The notes beneath the pieces are model-generated. The model made no database searches and was not told the origin of the DNA. It saw only the letters and a list, made by a program, of their open reading frames with translations. DNA of 62,887 bases, filler included, from Sphacelaria rigidula (lineage: Eukaryota), in NCBI GenBank assembly GCA_964200075.2. It is 6 parts of 6 records of this genome, joined end to end, with 100 filler letters (N's around TTAATTAATTAA, not from the genome) between each part and the next. Parts side by side here need not be neighbours in the genome. Positions count along the whole stretch, not along the records: positions 31,495 to 41,892 come from CAXNAA020006578.1; positions 41,993 to 52,390 come from CAXNAA020006579.1; 4 more parts are not named here. One strand, given 5' to 3'. Below, in pieces: positions 37,601-50,000 of this stretch; position 1 is the stretch's first letter, and every line of letters starts with the position of its first letter. A program made the position numbers and the translations under genes.

Positions 37601-39844
37601 CGGTCATTATGTGTTAAATTTTCCCGACGGCTTCATGTTCAGTATTTCAGCGTTTTGACACTTGTTTCGCCGCTTCTGTCTTTGTGACATCTACCAGTGG
37701 TGTTATGTATGGCTGTAGCTCAATTTGGTATGAAATTCCGCACAAATGTATCGTGCCGAGTACTGATCGCAACTCTTTAATGTTGGTGGGTTCCGGCAAG
37801 TCGAGAATGGCTGTCACTCTTTCGTCACTCCCTCTGATGCTACCTGCGGACAGTATATGACCAGAGTACTTGACCTGGTCAGGACCGAATCGAATTTTTC
37901 ACGGTTTCAGTGTGAGACCTGCTGTTTGCAGTGCTTTGAACGTGCTTTCTAGTAGGGTGAGATGACTCTCCCAGCTTGATGAACGACAAATGATGCCATC
38001 CATATATACTAGTACACCAGTTTTGGGTCCAAAGGGTGCAAAAGCTAGAGCCATTATGCGCGAAACGATAGAGGGTGAGCATGCCAAACCAAACGGTAAG
38101 CGGTTAAACATCAATTTTCCCCTTTGCGTCAGGAAAGCTGTGTTCCCTTTTTCGCTCTCCGCCACCGGTATCTGGTGAAATGCACTCTGTACGTCGCAAC
38201 CAGTTAAAAATTTCGCTCCTGCTACCGTGTCAGTGTGACTTCCGATAGCTGGCCTGGGCCATGATTGGCGAATCAGGTTTTTATTCATTGTCGCTCATTA
38301 ATCCTTGGACCTCGAGGGTAGTCCATCTGGATCACGCATTCTGTTTGCAAGTGAAATTGATGCCGATTCGACAGCTGACCTACTCTCGCCGTCGAAGGGT
38401 TAATCCGCGCAAAACCGTGCGATTCGATCGGCCTTTGCTACTATTGTGACTGCTGATCCCTAAGTGCTGGGGCGCTGTTCGATTATGCCGTCTTTCTTCA
38501 TCTGGTCGACGCATGTGTCAATTGCGTCTTGCACTCCGGGGTTTGCTCCATATGGAGCTAGGCCCACTGGTTGCGTACCACGTTTGAGGGGAAAACGTGC
38601 TTCATCTAATAATGTACAACAACCCAACTCTCCCGGATTAAGCGAAAACACAGAGCGGTATTTTGCACAGAGATCCAGTACTTGTGAGCACTGTTCTGGG
38701 GAAAAGGTGGTATTCTCGAAAGCGTTGCGCAATGCTGGACGTAACTCTTCCCTTGAATTTTTACTCACTGACTTATTTCCTTCCGTCACGGCACTGCCTG
38801 TGGCTGCTTTTTGTCTGTTGTACCGGTGTGATATCGCCTAAAATCGTATTTCGTTTCAGGTGTACATGTCGGTTAGACGGGTTGACGATTTGTATTATTG
38901 CCGTCTTAGTTGTTGCCGACCAAGTGCATACTGTCCTTGCAGCAATGATGCATATGAATGCTTGGGGAACATCAGGCGATCGAATGTCTTCCTCGGTTAT
39001 TATGCGTCGCTCTACGACAGCTGGTGTTGTTGACGGGGCATTTTCCGTCTTGACCAATACTGCCATCTCGCTTCGCGGCGGTACACTGCATGTTTTCATG
39101 AAGGAAGCTGGGATGACGTCCATGAGACAGTTCACACTAACTACAGAACACTGTGCTGTTTCGGGGTGTGTTGGATCCTGTGAACCCTGTTGTTTTCGAT
39201 GTGATGCTTCAAGTTTTACTGTGGAATCACGGAATGTCAGTTCTTCTGCTTGCCAGTCGAGTATGGCTTTGAAAGCACTTATACAAAGTAATAGAATTGT
39301 CTAGTAATCAACAATCCGGACCTAGATTAGGTTGTACAGACGCTTCTACTGGCAAGGTTTGAATCCTCAACTTGAGCCCGAAACGGAAGATTTCTAAAAT
39401 TATCATGGGGGAACCGTGCGCGCTTCTATGATCGATAGATTCTGGCGGTGTAGTTTTGATTTCAGCTGCATTTGATGCTGAACATTGGCTGATACATGGT
39501 ACATCTGCTGCGGAATCGATTGTGATACATTTACTCTGGCTGTGACTCTAACGCGCACTGATGCACAGGAAAACGCTGTTGGCGTGTCTGTATACCTGAC
39601 GAGTGATGATGCGTTCGTTGTACGAATCCTAACGGTGATCGGTAAAGCTTGGACTTGAAAAGGAAGACTGGTGTTTCGATTTTCAATTTTCTGTGATGAG
39701 CTATTCACAAAACCCTCCTGCGGAGCTAAAAACATACGTTACGTCTGTTCGACGCATGCGCCACCTGTACTCTGCTTATCGTTGCTATGCTTCTGCTCTA
39801 GCTCATACTGTACTCTGTTCACCTCTACGCGAGACTTTTTACGT

Positions 39845-41017
39845 ACTCCTCGTGGTGGGCCTGCTGTACTCCCAGAAAATGAAAATTTCCAATCTTACGA
39901 GCTAGAGGGTTGACGATTTCGCGTCTTCTCGTTTCCCTCGATTGTGTGCGTAAAGATTTACTGTTTTTGCCCTGCCTAGACAAGGGAGCCTCCCTTGGGC
40001 GTCTTCATGGGTTGTACTTTGTGGCAAACTCTACGTGGCTCTGTGCAAGGCGGCAGTCGGCCATCTCGTGCGTGTTCCTACACCTGCAGGGTGCGTATTC
40101 ACAACGATTCGACTCCTTCGGCTTTCCGCTAGTCTGCTTGTCGCTGCTCGTATTCTTATCGCTATCAGCCCTGAAGTGGACTTCTTTCATTTCTACACCT
40201 GCTCTACTTCTGTGCCTGTCACGGCTGGTAGACCGTTTCTCGGCACGTCTCCGTTTTCCCTTGATCGCCTTCAAGTGGGATTGAAGGTCCGTCAGGATCG
40301 CGCCTTGATCGGTTGTCACTTCAGCCAGCTCTGGACAGGGAGTTTGCAATTGCGGCCGAGACATCGGAGGTGCCTCCTCCAGTTTGGTTTGGCCATGTGC
40401 AGAGGTTATTTCCTGGTGTTTTTCGGCTCCACCTGTCACTGTTTGAACTTGAAGTTCAAACAGCGACAGCTAGAGACAAAAGACACAAGCAAAATAACTC
40501 CTGCGCATGGCCAAACCAAACAGGAGACACCCCCCATGTCTCGGCCGCAACTGCAAACTCCCCACGTCCAGAGCTGGCTGAAATGATAGCCGATCGAGGG
40601 AGAACGAGGACGAGCCGAGAAACGATCTACCAGCCGTGACAGGAGCACGAGTTGAGAACGTGGAGAAATAAAGAGAGTACGCTTCAGGGATAATATCGAT
40701 AAGAATACGAGCAGTGACAAGCAGACTAGCGGAAAACCGAAAAAGTCTAATCGTTGCGAATACGCACCCTGTAGGCACGTACAAGAACACGTACGAGACG
40801 GTAGACTGTCGCCTTATGTAAAGTCACGTAGAGTCTGCTAAATAGTGCAACCCATGAAGACGCCCAAGGGAGGCTCCCTCGTCTGAACAAGGCATACGCA
40901 GTATATCTTCACGTACAAAATCGAGGGAAACGAAAAGACGCGAAATTCGTCAACCCTCTGGCTCGTAAGATTGAAGAGAGTGATTTTTATGGAAGTACAG
41001 TCAACCCAGCACGAAGT
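39845..41017. repeat. ~1.17-kb imperfect palindrome (inverted duplication of 3' gag) centred at 40451
   Basis: Centre ctgtcactgtttgaactt-g-aagttcaaacagcgacag. Arms are collinear out to ~39845 and ~41017. A manual 100-nt sample shows 17 mismatches; the right arm has a ~40-bp deletion. Confidence 0.92.
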
Positions 41018-41018
41018 G

Positions 41019-41035
41019 TCCCACTGCTGTCACCA
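41019..41035 (-). promoter_or_regulatory. Primer binding site, probably tRNA-Leu
   Basis: The minus strand reads TGGTGACAGCAGTGGGA four nt after the LTR, complementary to a ...UCCCACUGCUGUCACCA tRNA 3' end of the Leu type. Confidence 0.75.
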
Positions 41036-41039
41036 AATA

Positions 41040-41405
41040 TGAGGAAGGCGTATCACTACAATAGACAGGGACCTACGGGTAAGACTATCGTTGGAGATGT
41101 AGTCCTGACGCCGAAGGAACTCCGAGGCTGAGCGATAATTTCCTCTTGCTTAATATAGGCAAGGAGGGGGTCATACTATAGAAGTGATCACCGTGAGGTG
41201 GACCCTTTTCCTCGGGAAATGTTCGGCCACCCTAATACCGGGCTCTTCCTGGCATAAGCCCGAGTTGTCTAGAATCGTTGGCCTTACAGGGTCCTGGTAT
41301 TTTAATCCTTTCGGACCGTTCCTACCTTGTATCTGCATGCGCTGGTTATTCATACATGTGTGGCATCAATATCTGAAGTGTCACGACAAAGAGGTGTCTT
41401 CCACA
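41040..41405 (-). repeat. 5' LTR of gypsy element 3
   Basis: Direct repeat of 34259-34620. TSD not recognisable (attta vs cacta). Confidence 0.92.
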
Positions 41406-41892
41406 CACTAGTATTGCTATTATCATTTATCACTGTTACAATAATATCATCATCATCATCACCATCATCATCATCAGCATTAGTATGCCAACCCAAAATA
41501 CCTGCTTCCGGGTATTACCCAACGGAACGAGGCCTTGGAATGAACTTTGCTTCTTGCGTACTCATGTTCCCAACGACGGGAAGCAGACCGTCCTCAAAGA
41601 AAGCTCTATCCGCGGTGATTCGGACCCCGCGATTCCTATCAAGGACGTCATTAGCGGGTCTGCTTTTTCCCCCGAAATTTCCGAATCCTGTGCAGAAAAA
41701 AAAATCTCTCCGAAAAATGTGAGAGCAGTTGCCTCAACCAGGCCAAGGTCACGCTATAGGTCATCTCAAGTCATAACAAAGATTTCTCCGAAAATCTAAT
41801 GTCGGAGTTTTTTTTCCGGCTTTTTTTTTTTTGAGAAGTCAAGGGTACACGTCAAGAAGTAAAAACGACACACCGATGTCCACGGGTGATCG

Positions 41893-41992
41893 NNNNNNNN
41901 NNNNNNNNNNNNNNNNNNNNNNNNNNNNNNNNNNNNTTAATTAATTAANNNNNNNNNNNNNNNNNNNNNNNNNNNNNNNNNNNNNNNNNNNN
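41893..41992. other. Artificial 100-bp contig spacer
   Basis: N-TTAATTAATTAA-N linker. Confidence 0.97.
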
Positions 41993-42753
41993 CTCCTCGC
42001 CCGTGTCCTTTGTGTGTCCTCGCTCGGCGATTACCAATCGCTCGAGAGATAGGCATCATCGATGTTTCCAGCATGTACCCAATTTTCCATGGGCCAGAAC
42101 ATCGAGGTGCGGAGAGATTCCTTCTCTTCTTGCCTTTGGCCAGTGCGAATATCGATTTCTCTCTGCCTCTCTTTTTGGACAGGACGCGCCTCTGTGCGCT
42201 GAAAAACATGTCGTTGAAAAAGAGGGTAATGTTCCCGTCACCGCTACTACTGTTCTCTGTTATACACATGCCAGCAAGGGCGGTGGTGCGGCAAAAACAA
42301 CAGATATATCCAATTCGAACTTGGGGGGTGTTATGCATCATCGTTGATTTTACCCGACATGTATGTGAGCGACCCTCTGCATGCCCAACGACAAGAAGAG
42401 CGTGCGAGACGCCAGTTGGGTGGGAGGGGGGTGTATGAGACATCAAACACTTATGGAGACCTTCTTGACATGCGGAGTGAAAAAAAATACTTATGGTAGT
42501 GATCTACCCGTTGCGAGCGCGGTGCAGAGGGGTGCGTCCATGCTGCAATCTGGAGCACGCGCTGGCTGCGTGAACATCTCGGTACAGTAGATTTCAAGAA
42601 TTGATTCCGATGTGACGAGGTCACGCACTACCACCTGGGGCGAGTTATGACGCCACGAAGAGCAAGGGTGCTCTATGATCAACCACTTGTCGTTGCATTT
42701 GACACCTACGCCATCAACCGCCAACCTCAAAGCTCTTATGGCTTTTGAGCAAC

Positions 42754-43086
42754 CACACGCGGCCATTTGGCTACCTTCAAACTTCCTCCAGGTGGGTACG
42801 CTTTTCGAGCCTCCAGAGGAACTAAACGCCTCCGGAGGGGTGCGCGGCCCTCCAGCGGATATTTTTTGGTTCCCTTCAGAGGGGTTGAACGCCTCCGGAG
42901 GCTTATTCTTGCCTCCGGAGGGCAGCGCATACCCCCAAATTCCTCCGGAGAAGTGCGCGGCCCTCCGGGTCGGTAGAGTTTGGTCTCCTCTAGAGGGATG
43001 GAAGGCCTCCGGAGGCTTGTTTCCCTCCTGGAGGGCCGCGCATCCCCCCGGAGGCATTTTGTGGTGTAGCCAAATGGCCGCGTGTG
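42754..43086. mobile_element. MITE with perfect 21-bp CAC...GTG TIRs (CMC/EnSpm-like) and internal CCTCCGGAGG array
   Basis: cacacgcggccatttggctac / gtagccaaatggccgcgtgtg, with many palindromic cctccggagg units inside. TSD unclear (ac/at). Confidence 0.8.
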
Positions 43087-43295
43087 ATGCTGGCGACAGT
43101 ACGACAGGCAAACCCGATCATAGCTAGCTTTCGTCGCTCTACTGGGCTGGCTGACGTCTGTACATAGGTCGCCCGGCGGAGCAACATATACCAAATTTCG
43201 CAATCTTCGTAAAAACAAAACAGTTCGCTTTTTTCAACTACATAAACATGATTGAAATGACTGGAAATTAAAAAGAAACGGCTCGAGTTTTTGAA

Positions 43296-43986
43296 GCGCG
43301 GTGCACTACAACAGTAGTGTTGTTCAACAGCTCCACCGCGGAACCGGTTCTCATAACAGCCACGGCGGAGGTGGCCATACAAGGCGTGAGAGCTGGTTCA
43401 GACTAGATGAAGCGCCTTGCATGAGCACTACTGGCGAAACAACCCCAGGCGTCGGACTAACCCTTTCCCACTTTGTGTGTGTCTGCAGTTGTATCGTGGG
43501 GCACCCGTTTGATCTAACTGACCACTGTACTGTGGTTATGCTGTACTGTGGTGATGATATATCTCAGCAGACTGCTGAATGACGCTGCGTTTCGAAGATC
43601 GTTGGCGTCTGCCGCCGCAGTGGATCGTTTCTCTGACGGCGGTCGTCGCCGGCGCAACAGTATGAAGCCTCTCTCAGATACACAACAAGAGGCGCGGAAA
43701 ACTCGATGACTAGGCCAAAGAAGTATGGTTTCAACATGCTTTGTTACGTGTTCTGCAGCGCTTCGACGCAAGGGTTGCTCGATAGATGCGGCACAATCAA
43801 TGAGGGCGGCCTTTTGTTTGGGCTGCACACCATCATGCTTTCGCTCCAGTGCTGAAACTTCTGGGTCAGGGGCACATGGTCGAAACGCTTGCGACTCCAG
43901 AGCCTTTCGAACAAAGTAAATGAAATTTCGATGGTCCGTTAAACCTCATAAAAATGTTGAACCTCAATAACGATTCCAGGCTGTTC
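43296..43986 (+). repeat. Second copy of the ~650-bp dispersed repeat
   Basis: Collinear with 10987-11637. Confidence 0.85.
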
Positions 43987-44534
43987 GGGCTAAAAGCGGG
44001 ATTTTTTATCTGAATTTTCGCTTCGAATGTATAATACTGTACAAGTATACTGCCTCTAAAAAATCGACACTCGGCTTAACTGTTGAGTGATTCCGCTAAA
44101 GAACGCAGCACTCGTCCTTACCCTTGAGTGATTCCGCTGAAATTGTACACAACCCGTGAGTCGTTGTCCTAGTGCCGTGAAACAGTAGCACACGGGCCCT
44201 CAGGCACCTCTGCAGTGGTGGCGAGGGAGACAGTTTACCAATTTATTTGAGGTTTTCCGTTACCGGCTATTTCATACAAATTTTAGTATAGTGATTTATG
44301 ACAAACTTAAGATGCTTTACACCATTATATACAATTTTACGAATTGAGGTCTGCACTTTACAGTTGCAGAGGAATATGGGGTATCAATAGAGACGGAGGG
44401 TGCTTCAAAGGCTTCGACAGAAATCGTCCGCGTCAACGACGGGTGAAGCAGCGGTGCACAGCTTCATGCGTCGTCTTCATTGTTTTGGTCGACCTGTACA
44501 GTATATATCTAGCGTTCTACGATGCTCTGGCACC

Positions 44535-45548
44535 GGTTGCCCCGGTGGGTCAGTCGGTAACTTCGACCCTTCTGACGGTTGGGTCATGGGTTCGAATCTC
44601 GGAGCGACTTTGGATATTTCTCACACAATGCCCACCACGAGTGGAGAGTGACTTCGTCGTGGGTATACACAAAACTCGACTTAACGATCAAGGAGGGAAA
44701 AGGACCATAACACTAAACTAAGTTTCTGTTGAGAGAAAACTCTCGGGAACGGGTCCCCTCGCCACCCTTGCCGGAGGAGAATTTTTCGAAAATTGTCACA
44801 TATATCTATTCATGTATTTATGTTCTTGTTTGATTTTTTTTCTAGTTTTTTGTCGAAATCGTTGAAAGAAATTGATCAAATAGCAATGAAAACCCCCGAA
44901 AAGTCTGGCGGCCTTCGCGAGGTTCGTATATTTGCTTCTGCTCCTTGCCCACCCCGTCCCGATGACCTCGGATGCCGGCAACGCTCACACACATCTATGT
45001 TCAATACACGAGCGCACAGTAGCGACAGCCTGTAGCTAATGTAGCAACATTATCTCACGCCTCGCCCAATTCGCCTGGACTACTAGTGGTAGGTAGTCGA
45101 GGCACACGACACGGGACAGGATCCCATAAATGTAATCACGGCAGGTGATGAGCTCGGAGGGGCGGTGTGTCCGTCATCTCAGCGTTCTCCATGCCAAGGA
45201 TCTCTGTACACGACAGCTGACCGTATCCGCCAACGCCTCGGCAATAAACCAGGAAAAAGCAGGCTGGGTGCCCTCCCCCCTCGCCCTCTCGCCCCCTCGC
45301 CCCCGTAAAAACCTCGAATTTTCGATCTTGGACCTACGTGTCCCGAAAGATTTTCTTGATAGACCCTTGGAACCCCTATCGCTATAAAAAATAAAGCCAA
45401 GCACCGCAGAAGGAAGGTGGACTACCAACACACACAAAAAAAAACTCCTGTATTGACCTTTCCTCCTGTGTGACCCTGGCTGCTGCGCCCACACATACCG
45501 AAAAAGGTGTAGACCGACGTCCAGAATAAACGGGATGGCAACGCACAC
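44535..45548 (+). mobile_element. SINE family A, copy 3, interrupted by a ~650-bp insertion (~44718-45370)
   Basis: tRNA-like head (gtgggtcagtcggtaac...ggttcgaatctc); the body resumes at aacccct.tcgc.ataaaa. The insertion has degenerate TIRs (c.aag..tct.t..aga.aaa.ct.tcggga). Confidence 0.75.
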
Positions 45549-46574
45549 TGGGTGCGCCAGCGGCCAGTTTAAACTTGACCAGTAACTGGCCGGAGCTGCC
45601 ATTTCACAGCCCCGCGCATTATAATAGCTTCACCACGGTGGGTGAAGGACGTGAACAAGGGCGTATAATCTATCCATATGGCCTCCCTGGCGACGAAATA
45701 CCCTGTATCGCCCTGAAAGGTTCAGGCAGCCGAGAGGACAACGCCCTTCAACACAGCCGGTCGGATGTGATGGGTGGTCGCCGTGTCCTAAGTCTTGTAC
45801 TCAACCATGTATCGGTTCCGCAAGAATTGTCACCCCTCTTGGAACGCAAAACGCCTCCTTTGTTCGTCATGCTCACTAAGTGAGTTGGGGTGGTCCCTAC
45901 TCGTACCCGTACCCGCACAACACAACAGAGCACCTCTGTTGGACTTAGATGATCAGCGAAGCACTACCGTATCTACTACAGCAGTGTACAGAGCATCTCC
46001 ATTTCAACCTTTTGGGTGGAGTACTTGCGGCCATTTGCTGACTGCATCACATTACAGGCAATGCGTTAGCAGTTGGCAACGTCTGCTACCGTCACTTCTT
46101 TTCACCAACCGGCTCTCTTTTACATAACCTAATTCTGCCGCTGATCGGAGGAAACGCGACCACTGACTGTTGTGACAGATCAAGGAACACCAGGCATCGA
46201 TTGCTGCTGAAGGCTACTGCGCTGTAGTGGACTATGCTGTGATATACTTGCTGTAGTGTGTTGCGGTGCAGATATCAGAGGGAGGACATGACGAGTGCGG
46301 GCCGCAACAGCAGCGACAGAGTCCATGGTGAGAGGAGCGTTGTCAGTGAGTGTGCAAACCGTCGGACGAGTCCACCTTGCTGTCGAATCCAGCGTACCGT
46401 AGCATGCTGTGCTGTAGCAGATGCAGAACAACACGCTCCGCCATTGAGTCTGTTGGCCTCAATTTTCTTCGGCAGTAAGATACTGAGCATGCCATCTCCC
46501 GCAAGACCCCGCTTGGATGATATCTTGATGAGAGATACTGTTTTTGTCCTGTGTTCGAATTGACATAGCTTTCA

Positions 46575-47061
46575 AGGCTAGGTTGGGTAGGGTAGATACT
46601 TTTGAATACTCGGGTAAGATACTCGGGTATTTACTTCCCACACCGTCTAGGAAGATTGGGTACGGCCTCGAACTCTAGGCAAATTTCGGGTTGATTGGGT
46701 ACAACCTCAAATATTCTACCCAAATACAGGGTAGATTGGGTACGACCACAAATGCTTTACCCGAATTTCGGTAAGTACTCTCAGTAATACCTGGGTACAG
46801 AGCACAAGCACCACTCGGGTATGATATCAATTATTTACCCAAAATCTGGGGAGATTGAGTATGGCCTCAAATACTCTACCCAATTTTTGGGTAGATTGGG
46901 TACGGCCTCAAAGACTTCAACCAAATATTGGGTAAGCCCTGTCAGCAATACCTGGGTACTGTATAGAGTATCACTTGGGTGTGACCTCAAAACTCTCCTC
47001 AAATTTGGGTCAGTTGGGTACGATAAAAACACTTTACCCAATTTTTGGGTAGATTGGGTAA
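46575..47061. repeat. Imperfect tandem array of GGGTAGATTGGGTAC / TACCC motifs (hAT-like subterminal or MITE array)
   Basis: Repeated ~50-60-nt units ttgggtagattgggtacg.cctcaaa.a.t.tacc(c). Confidence 0.65.
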
Positions 47062-50000
47062 ATACTGTACCCCTATATTATCTTGAGACCACGACTGGAC
47101 CCCTGGGGGGTCAGTTAAAGTGCGACAATCAATCAAGAACCATATTGGGTAAGGCCGTGTCTTGGCACGTCATTTTTCGATCGAAAAAAGAGCGGTGGAA
47201 TAGGTTTGAGCGAGTTCGTTCATATCTCGCAAGTTGGATCCGAGCGAAGTTGCAAAGCTTTCGATCGAAGCAAGACTAAATTCGTGAAGCGGTACTTGTT
47301 CGGTTGTCTACGAGTTGGGCCAGCAGTAAATCCCGCATTCGCAGGTCACGCCACAACTCCTCAAGTTTCCCAAATCAGCCCGACTTGAGTATAGCACTGT
47401 TATGGGTAGGAATGGGGGCCGATTTTGGGTACTATATTCATGGAAAGTGCACGCTGAACGCTAGATGCGTCAGAAGTGGCCCGTAATCCAACGAATCATG
47501 TCTATGGAAAATACACGCGTCACCAACAAATGACGATTTGGCTCATAAGAAATGAACTAAATTTCTAGTACATTTATCAAGCCTGGGAGTGGTCGGTGTT
47601 GAGGTGATTTTGTTCCTCCGGGAAAAGCTCGCTCCACATCAGTAGATGGACAATCTTGTTGCACTAGCTAGTGTCATGCTTTTGTCTGTACCAGTCGGGA
47701 AGCACACGCTCCCCAGCTGCCACCCCATGTTTACCGTCATTGCGAAGATAGCAAGACAAGAGCACGAACAGCAGCTGTTGTGGCCGCTACACATCAACGT
47801 AACTGCTGTGAAAGGCGAGCCTGACATAGTGTTAGAACGAGAAAGTACGGAAATTTTGAGATCATGAGCAGCAGCGTTGCGCATGCAGAAACTACTGAGA
47901 ACGATTCTGATTATGTTGACGATCAAGAGGTTCACGCTGTGCGGATTGGTTACGCGCTGCATGTCCTACGTCCAGCTATGACTGCGGGATTGGAGAGTGA
48001 ATTTCTCATGGGCCCCATGGGGTCAGGGTCATGGCATGAATGGAAGGAACCCCATCTTGTCAGTCGCTTGGGCACGGTCTGGTTCTCCCTGTCCAGATCA
48101 ACATCTTCAACGACAATTTTCCCCCATTTTCAGTATGTACAGGCAGTCACTTGAAATATCGTGGCTCTGCCGACCTAGGCATACATGATGCGCAGTCTAA
48201 AATCAAAATCACTCGTCACGCCTTGGCTTCTCCGCTGGAATCCTCAGACACAACAGCCGAAGTTCATGTGTGATCTCGCTCTCTGCAACTCAATACATGA
48301 AGGGTACTCGCTGTTGAAAGGTGAATTTGCCCTTTTTGCACAGCCGTACAGAGCGAAGCAGCACCTGGTGGCATGCCACAAAGTAAAATGACATCCGTCA
48401 CACACTGCTCGCCGCCAGAAAAAAAAACACGCAGCCCAAAACGAAGCTTGTCGAACATCGCATACTTTACGCCCCATTCTGATACCATTAATAGTATATA
48501 CAGACAGTTACTAAAGACATGACTGCGGTCGCCAGCAGATGTAACGCACATACTCGTACTAAAATCGCTCTCGACGCCTTGGCTGCTGCACTGGATCCCT
48601 GACATGAAGCAGCCGCCAGCTTTGTCTTTCTTCTGTCAACTCTCCCTCTGTAATTCGACACTTCAAAGGATACTCGCCGTTGAACGGCGAAATTACCCTT
48701 TGTGCACAGCCGCACAGAAAAAAGCGCGCCTGGGAGCACGCAACCAAAGTGCATGTCGTCACAACTTGCTTGCGGCAGGAAAAGAAGTATGCGCATCGAT
48801 TTTTTTGAATTTGCCATCTTCGACCTCGAAAGACGCTACTGGTCCTCAACCCCAAAGTGCCGATCGCGCAACGCTTACAACTCGGCAACGAAGCGGGGGA
48901 TTGGACTGCGGTTTCTTGCGTGCGCTCCCCACACACCCGAGTGATGCTGACTCGCAAATGAGCTAAATATACTAAAATGAGGTGTTTTTCGCTCTGGGAG
49001 GAGATTTCCGTGCCGCTGACGCGACGCCAGCAAAATACCAATTTAGGTCCTCTAGATCTTGTGTGTTTGCGGGGGGCTGTCAAGTGCCGCGGACCGGCTT
49101 CCTTCCTGTGTCGAGAACCGAGCGATCTCCAGGCTACAGCTTTCCCATACCCCACGAACTGAATATGTGATGAAGCGTGTGTTCTGTTCGTGAGGGCCTC
49201 GGCACAGGTCCGACCACCTACTGACGTGCTCATTATTCCTCCGTGTTATTTCTTCTTTTAAATCTTGTGTCGAGTTTTGCTCTTTAGGGCCCCCATTCCT
49301 ACCCATAACTGTTTGCTGCAGACCAACGTAATAACGCACGGCTCCGCCGCTGGTCGATTGGCGCAGTTTTGGCGATAGTGTTTTTGTACTGCACTGAGTA
49401 CTGGGTGCGTCTCGTGTTGTTGCGTGATAGCTAGGCCCTGACTCCATCATCTGCTCTCTGTTTTGCTCGTTTTGTGCGCTTTTTCTGCGCCTTTCTTTGC
49501 TTTTCTGCGACCCCCTCCTCTTTTCCTGCCCCTATTTTGTTTTCGGCCCCTCGAGTTGTTCGCAGACCCTGAATGTTTCGGGCCATGTTTAGAAAAACGA
49601 TCCTACCACATACCGCACATCTCTGTCGCGTATCTCATGTTTCGAATGTATTTCTCGGCGACATTTTTCATTCGTGTGTGTTGTGTTGCTAGTCTTGTAC
49701 CAGTACAGAATATCACGTGATGCATCGAGAGAGGTGTATATATTTTGAGTATTAATCACTCCGTGCTGTGGAATTCGCCATGATCTTCGCATACTGAACA
49801 AATGGTTTCCTCCCACAACATGAATCACTTCGAAAAACTAAAACAAATAGATAGCGACAGATCGCGTGAGCTCTGCGACCCTCGCGGCCGGTACCTCGAA
49901 AACAAATAGCACCGACGTGCCTGCTTCAGCCTCCACTACTCTTGTTTTTGTCCTCCCTCCTAAATCTTCAATCTACTCCCCTTCGTCCTCCTCCTCCTTC

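Larger units (their letters stand above)
34259..41405 (-). mobile_element. Decayed two-LTR Ty3/gypsy retrotransposon (chromodomain-like C-terminus) with internal palindrome
   Basis: Two LTRs, PBS and PPT. RT (DVQSAFHQI, FNRLPFGL, VYMDG), RNase H (MKEC.AVV..I...RPFLWGRQF...DHAAL), INT (HDHALSGGHLG...WWPSM; VSVDLV...HSDQG..FES...PQGN...ERVH; WRGP) and a chromo-like tail at 35324-35581. Confidence 0.95.

Noticed and set aside
38773-39135. Extra gene (dUTPase-like) in gypsy 3
   Set aside because: Looks like the common beta-rich PR-RT spacer region of gypsy pol; no catalytic dUTPase motifs are visible.
42491-43218. Overlapping 150-206-aa ORFs
   Set aside because: Produced by the GC-rich palindromic array of the MITE.
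46575-47061. CRISPR-like repeat array
   Set aside because: Units are degenerate, spacers are not unique, there are no cas genes and the context is eukaryotic.
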